A DNA stretch of 64,000 bases from the NCBI GenBank assembly GCA_963784045.1, contig CAWAPZ010000011.1, positions 21,939 through 85,938 on the forward strand, in the 5' to 3' direction. The translations under genes were made by a program, and so were the position numbers. Source of the DNA: Vicinamibacterales bacterium (GTDB lineage Bacteria > Acidobacteriota > Vicinamibacteria > Vicinamibacterales > JAMQPK01). Position 1 is the first letter of the stretch; each line of letters opens with the position of its first letter. The notes beneath the pieces are model-generated. The model saw only the letters and a list, made by a program, of their open reading frames with translations. It did no database searches and had not been told where the DNA came from. Shown in pieces: positions 59,796 through 64,000 of this stretch.

Positions 59796-61058
59796 TTGCA
59801 TTTCTCAGACCCCTCGAAATCTGTTCAAAATCGTTCAACTCGCGGCCGCAGGCCCCGCCGAAACGGCCGTGGCGCGGTTGGCGGACGCGCCAAGACGGTC
59901 TTCGTGCCCTCGCGGCCGCCGCTCCAATTCGAGGCCGCGCCATACGACCCGTCGCCTGTACCCTTCACGTCTCTCGGTCTCGAATCGGGGCTCGAGCGCG
60001 CGTTAGTCGACCGCGGGTTTGAGACGACGACGCCAATCCAAGGCGCTGTCTATCCGGCGGTGCTCGACGGCATCGACCTCGTGGCCTGCGCGCAGACCGG
60101 GACAGGCAAGACCCTCGCCTTTCTCCTGCCTCTGATGCAGCGGCTCGTCAAAGCCGGCGCAACAGGCGCTACGCGCGTGCTGATTCTTGCACCTACGCGA
60201 GAGCTTGCGGTGCAGATAGAAGACGAGTTTCAGGGCCTTGCGTACCATACGAATCTTTCGAGCGTCGCCGTGTATGGCGGCGTCGAAGCGGGTCCACAGG
60301 AGCGTGGCCTCCGTGGCTCGGCCGACATCGTCGTGGCGACGCCAGGGCGTCTGCTCGATCACATGGGCACGAGCGCGGCGAAATTCGACAACCTGGACGT
60401 GCTCGTGCTGGACGAGGCCGACCGCATGTTGGACATGGGATTCTGGCCGAGCGTCCGGCGCATCGTGGCGTCGTTGCCGCCGAACAGACAGACGCTGCTC
60501 TTTTCGGCGACGATGTCCGATGAAGTCGCGCAGTCGGCAAACCAGATCATGCGCGCGCCGAAGATGATCCGCGTCGGCCGCGATGAAGGGCTCGCCAGCA
60601 CCATCGACCACGTGGGGCATCTCGTGCCGGCGGCGGAGAAATCCGATTGGCTGAGCAGCTTCCTGAAACGGACGCATGGCACCAGTCTCGTGTTCGTCCG
60701 GACCAAGCGGGGTGCCGACAAGCTCGCACGCAGGCTCGCGCAGAGCGGCATCAAGTGCGCCGCATTGCATGCCGATCGCACGCAAAGCGAGCGCTCGGCC
60801 GCTGTCGAAGGGTTCAAGTCGGGCAGGTTCCGAGCGTTGATCGCGACCGACATCGCGGCCCGCGGTATCGACATTGAAGGCATTGGTCACGTAGTGAACT
60901 ACGAGGTTCCACCGAGCGTCGATACCTACGTCCATCGCGTGGGGCGTACCGGCCGCGCCGAAGCGGTCGGCACGGCAGTGACACTGATCGCGCCGGAGGA
61001 ACTGGCGGCGTTGCGCACGATCGAGAAGACACTCAACGTCACATTTCTGGTGACCTAG
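59796..61058 (+). CDS. rhlE: DEAD-box ATP-dependent RNA helicase (RhlE-like)
   Basis: Q-motif ..TPIQ, AQTGTGKT, PTRELA, VLDEADRMLDMGF, SAT and HRVGRTGRA. The N-terminal RG-rich extension depends on the TTG start at 59796, which is uncertain. Confidence 0.9.
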   Translation: MHFSDPSKSVQNRSTRGRRPRRNGRGAVGGRAKTVFVPSRPPLQFEAAPYDPSPVPFTSLGLESGLERALVDRGFETTTPIQGAVYPAVLDGIDLVACAQTGTGKTLAFLLPLMQRLVKAGATGATRVLILAPTRELAVQIEDEFQGLAYHTNLSSVAVYGGVEAGPQERGLRGSADIVVATPGRLLDHMGTSAAKFDNLDVLVLDEADRMLDMGFWPSVRRIVASLPPNRQTLLFSATMSDEVAQSANQIMRAPKMIRVGRDEGLASTIDHVGHLVPAAEKSDWLSSFLKRTHGTSLVFVRTKRGADKLARRLAQSGIKCAALHADRTQSERSAAVEGFKSGRFRALIATDIAARGIDIEGIGHVVNYEVPPSVDTYVHRVGRTGRAEAVGTAVTLIAPEELAALRTIEKTLNVTFLVT

Positions 61059-61087
61059 CGACACTAGGGTCAATTTGGGGAGGGTGA

Positions 61088-61306
61088 ATGCGTAGATATG
61101 CCGCAGGGGATCGGGTGGTGCAGGCCCAGTACGGCGCAGGTACGATCGTCGATGTGAACGAGCACCATACGGTCATCGAGTTCGACGAGCACGGCACGCG
61201 GCGGTTCTCCACGCGCATCGTCGTGCTCGAGACGAGCAACACACCCGCGCCGGCGCGCAAGGCGAAAACCCGCGCGAAGAAAAAGGTCGCGGCACCGCAG
61301 TCGTAG
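61088..61306 (+). CDS. Small protein with a Tudor/UvrD-C-terminal-like motif and a Lys-rich tail
   Basis: MRRYAAGDRVVQAQYGAGTIVDVNEHHTVIEFDEHGTRRF.. resembles DUF3553-type small domains as I recall them. The tail is ARKAKTRAKKK. Confidence 0.5.
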   Translation: MRRYAAGDRVVQAQYGAGTIVDVNEHHTVIEFDEHGTRRFSTRIVVLETSNTPAPARKAKTRAKKKVAAPQS

Positions 61307-61325
61307 GAGGCGATTAGGAAACGTT

Positions 61326-61961
61326 ATGTCAGTGCGGTTATTCGTCGGCAATCTCCCGTACAGCGCGACCGAGGCGGATATCAGACAGCACTTCGGCACG
61401 GTCGGCGGTCCAATGCAAGTCGTCATTCCAACGGATCGCGACACGGGCCGGCCCCGCGGATTTGCATTCGTGGACTATGACGACCGCGGCGTCGCCGAGC
61501 GCGCCATCCAGCAATTGCACGGTCAGCCTTTCAAGGGACGGCCTCTGTCGGTCAGCGAGGCGCGCCCGCGAGAAGCGCGTCCGCCAATGGGCGCCGGGGG
61601 ATTCTCCGCGCCGCGGCCACCGATGGGTGGAGGTCCGAGACCGCCGATGGGGGGCGGCCCGCCCGGCGTCGACGGCGGTCCCTACCGGCAGCCGCGCGGG
61701 GGGGACGCCGGCCGGAATTTCGGTCCCAACAAGCCGCCGAAAGGGCGCGGCGGATCGAACTTCGCGAAGAATCGCAACCAGGAAGGGAAAGCCCGCGGCC
61801 CGCTGAAGGAACGGCTCAGCGGCCGGATGTTCAGCGTCGAGGAAGACGCGCGGTTTCGTGACGAAGACGATACCGGCGTTGACGAGACCGATCTGAACCT
61901 GAAAGAGGAAGAAGTCAAGGAAAAAGAAAAAGAGGAAGAAGTCAAGGAAGACGAAGAGTAG
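61326..61961 (+). CDS. RRM-type RNA-binding protein with a long low-complexity C-terminal extension
   Basis: RNP-2 is LFVGNL and RNP-1 is RGFAFVDY. A PPMGGGP repeat region follows, then an acidic/Lys tail (EEEVKEKEKEEEVKEDEE). Confidence 0.9.
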   Translation: MSVRLFVGNLPYSATEADIRQHFGTVGGPMQVVIPTDRDTGRPRGFAFVDYDDRGVAERAIQQLHGQPFKGRPLSVSEARPREARPPMGAGGFSAPRPPMGGGPRPPMGGGPPGVDGGPYRQPRGGDAGRNFGPNKPPKGRGGSNFAKNRNQEGKARGPLKERLSGRMFSVEEDARFRDEDDTGVDETDLNLKEEEVKEKEKEEEVKEDEE

Positions 61962-61963
61962 TC

Positions 61964-62905
61964 TTACCAGCGGGCGCGCGTCGGGCGTGTATCGACGTGG
62001 ACGAACGGGCCGTGGGCTGGGGTCGAGTCGTATATGCCGATACCGCCGATGAACGAGCGCAGCTCGGGCGTCTTGGCGAGCACTTCCAGGACTTCTGCGA
62101 GCGCGACCGCATCCTGCTTCGAAATTACTTTGTCCTTGTTGAAGTCGTCCATCCGCCCGTCCCCATCCTTGTCGAGGAAGATGTCTGAAGCCCGTCCCCA
62201 CTGGTGCAGGCTGTACTTCGTGTCGTCGAGTTGCTTGTTGTAGTACGGCGTCCGATAGCCGCTCATGACAAATATATCGCCCGCATCCCAGCCCAGCGGT
62301 TTCAGGTGTGCGCCGATCGCCTCCAGCAAGAACACCAGCCGCTCGTCGAGCACGAGATACTTTGGATAGTCGCCTTTCTGCTTGGCGAGGAATTCCTTGA
62401 TCCGGAAGTTGGGCGAAACCTTCGTGTCCTCATTCTGCGGCGTCACTTCGATGAAGCCTCTGGGCGGGATATAGATGGGATTTCCCTTCAGAGGGGTCTC
62501 TGGATACTCGCCGATGTCATACCGATTCAACACGCCCTTCATGACGGCCTTGCTCGGCACCATGACGAAGGCGGAAAAATCCGCGAGTGTGTCTCCAGCC
62601 GGCGTTTTCACTGTGAGCCCGTAGAGACCGGGCTTGATCGGCGCTTCCCACGTCCATTCATTCGGTCCCGTCGCGACGAGTCCGCCGTGAGGCGCGTCGA
62701 TCCTGTGCAGGCGCGTTGCCGGTGCCGTCACCGCCAGCGGAATCTTCTCGCCTGGCATCGCCCAGATGGCGCCTTCATCGTACGGATAGGTCAGCGAGCG
62801 CGCGCGGAACCGATCCGTCGCGATCCGGTCCTCGCCCGAAAGCGCGATTGGACCGGCGGCGACGCACCAGACGACCGCAATCTCAGCGGCGCGTTTCCAT
62901 GCCAC
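61964..62905 (-). CDS. Peptidase M15 (D-Ala-D-Ala carboxypeptidase-like, DUF882/M15A) family protein
   Basis: ..SGYRTPYYN..HQWGRASDIF..HVDTR gives the H-x(6)-D ... H zinc ligands. The insert DKDGDGRMDDFNKD looks like an EF-hand/dockerin-type Ca loop. Confidence 0.7.
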   Translation of the reverse strand: MAWKRAAEIAVVWCVAAGPIALSGEDRIATDRFRARSLTYPYDEGAIWAMPGEKIPLAVTAPATRLHRIDAPHGGLVATGPNEWTWEAPIKPGLYGLTVKTPAGDTLADFSAFVMVPSKAVMKGVLNRYDIGEYPETPLKGNPIYIPPRGFIEVTPQNEDTKVSPNFRIKEFLAKQKGDYPKYLVLDERLVFLLEAIGAHLKPLGWDAGDIFVMSGYRTPYYNKQLDDTKYSLHQWGRASDIFLDKDGDGRMDDFNKDKVISKQDAVALAEVLEVLAKTPELRSFIGGIGIYDSTPAHGPFVHVDTRPTRARW

Positions 62906-62971
62906 GGGTCACCTCACACCGGTCATCGCGCTTTGTACACGACATAGACACGCGCATCCCGCGTCAAGTCA

Positions 62972-64000
62972 GTGCAAGAATCGTACGCACTTTCTTTGCA
63001 GGTTTGGTGTCCAAGTGTTACATTAGTGTCCCCGGTGCCACCTCTCGAACTCAGTCTCGACATCACGCCACGAGGCCGGCTCGACGTCATCGATGTTCGA
63101 GCGCAGGCCGCGGCCACTTATGGCGACGTGTTCGAGCAATACAATCGCTGTCTGTATTGTTCGCTCCATACGACGGCCGGCTACCTGCCGCAGAGTTTCG
63201 CCGCACGGCTCGGCTCAGACCCGCAAGGGGTTCGGCCGTACATCGATCTCTTTACGACCGTTTTTCCGGAAGGCGCCGGGTATCAGCACGACGATCTCGA
63301 TCGCCGCACTGAGCTGACCGCTGAGCAGCGTCCTGTCGAGCCCACCAACGCCGACTCGCATCTTGCGTTTATCGGAAGCGGGCTGCGGGCGTGTGTGTCT
63401 GTACGTCACGCGGCGGCCGGGACCCGTCTCGTTCATCGACCTCGACGGCATCAATGCTGGAAAACCACGGCGGCGGATGACGACCCTCGTCGGCTATGAC
63501 AACGAGATGGACGTCGCCAGGACCACCCTGCATGTGCCCGTGTCGTCGACGCATCCGGTTGATGCGGTCAATTTGAAGGACGCGCGTCTGGGCCTCTACG
63601 ACCAGCTCGACGATCTCATCCGCAAGCATGGCGTCGAAAAAGGGCGCGTCCGTCTGAGCCTCGGTTCAGGCGAACAGTTCGCGAGCCTTACTGTCAACGA
63701 ATATGAGACGCTGCTGATGCGATACGATCTGGTGGACGTGCTGAAGAACCCGCTGCGTTTCGCCGCACAGAAAGCAAAGCATGCGTGGAATGATCCGCGC
63801 GCGGTGCCGTCCAAAGCGATCGACTACGCGAAGTACGATCTCGTTCGCGCCGTGAATCGGCTGGTGGACGCGCTCGGCCTCGCCGAGTCGACGTTCGAGC
63901 GCGTGTTTTCACAAGCGCTCGCTGTACCGGCCTCGCGGTTTCTGCGCATGAAGCGATCGGTCGATCTGCTGGTCTCCGATGCAAAAACCTCAGGACGCGG
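62972..64000 (+). pseudogene. YjbQ/UPF0047-like protein (apparently tandem domains), frameshifted near 63391-63404; 3' end runs off the window
   Basis: ORF 62972..63499 has ..LYCSLHTTAGYL..YQHDD..NADSHLAFIGSGLRAC. My translation of the next frame continues without a stop to 64000: ..LYVTRRPGPVSFIDLDGINAGKPRRRMTTLVGYDNEM..FASLTVNEYETLL... The start may be GTG 63026. Confidence 0.55.

Noticed and set aside
60003-61073. 356-aa minus-strand ORF
   Set aside because: It is antisense to the DEAD-box helicase, which has all canonical motifs.

Overview
High-GC bacterial chromosomal segment. Gene content suggests Acidobacteriota (inference): a TIGR03436-type VWA protein, a CarboxypepD_reg-type TonB-dependent receptor, a PEP-CTERM tail, PEGA and RRM proteins. 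Most of it is ordinary housekeeping and envelope content. This includes gdh, yggX, garR plus glcF/glcE/glcD, ybaL, argG, dcp, hrpB, fdxA, a DEAD-box helicase, a two-component system with a TAXI binding protein, and several GT-C-like membrane glycosyltransferases. There are four tRNAs: Lys-CTT, Arg-CCG, Arg-TCG and His-GTG. A Lig-Pol type LigD is present, with a separate LigD phosphoesterase-domain gene at the window start. I saw no transposase, integrase, cas gene or recognisable defence system. Four things stand out. (1) A family of intergenic tandem arrays has a strict 7-nt period. The arrays start almost exactly at stop codons, and several form opposed blocks that could fold into long hairpins. 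(2) A nested palindromic REP-like element lies at 50442-50601, and its 25-mer core recurs in frame inside the LigD interdomain linker, next to a 9-nt tandem array. (3) There is an excess of broken reading frames: six single-base frameshifts and one in-frame TAG. Four of the frameshifts sit on a GTAC site, and three share AGTACC(C)GA irrespective of coding strand, which points to a DNA-level or sequencing cause rather than recoding. (4) A tightly coupled operon encodes three exported proteins: an OprO/P-type porin, a CotH kinase-fold protein and a metallophosphoesterase lipoprotein. All calls rest on reading the sequence and the ORF track by eye. No searches or computations were run.
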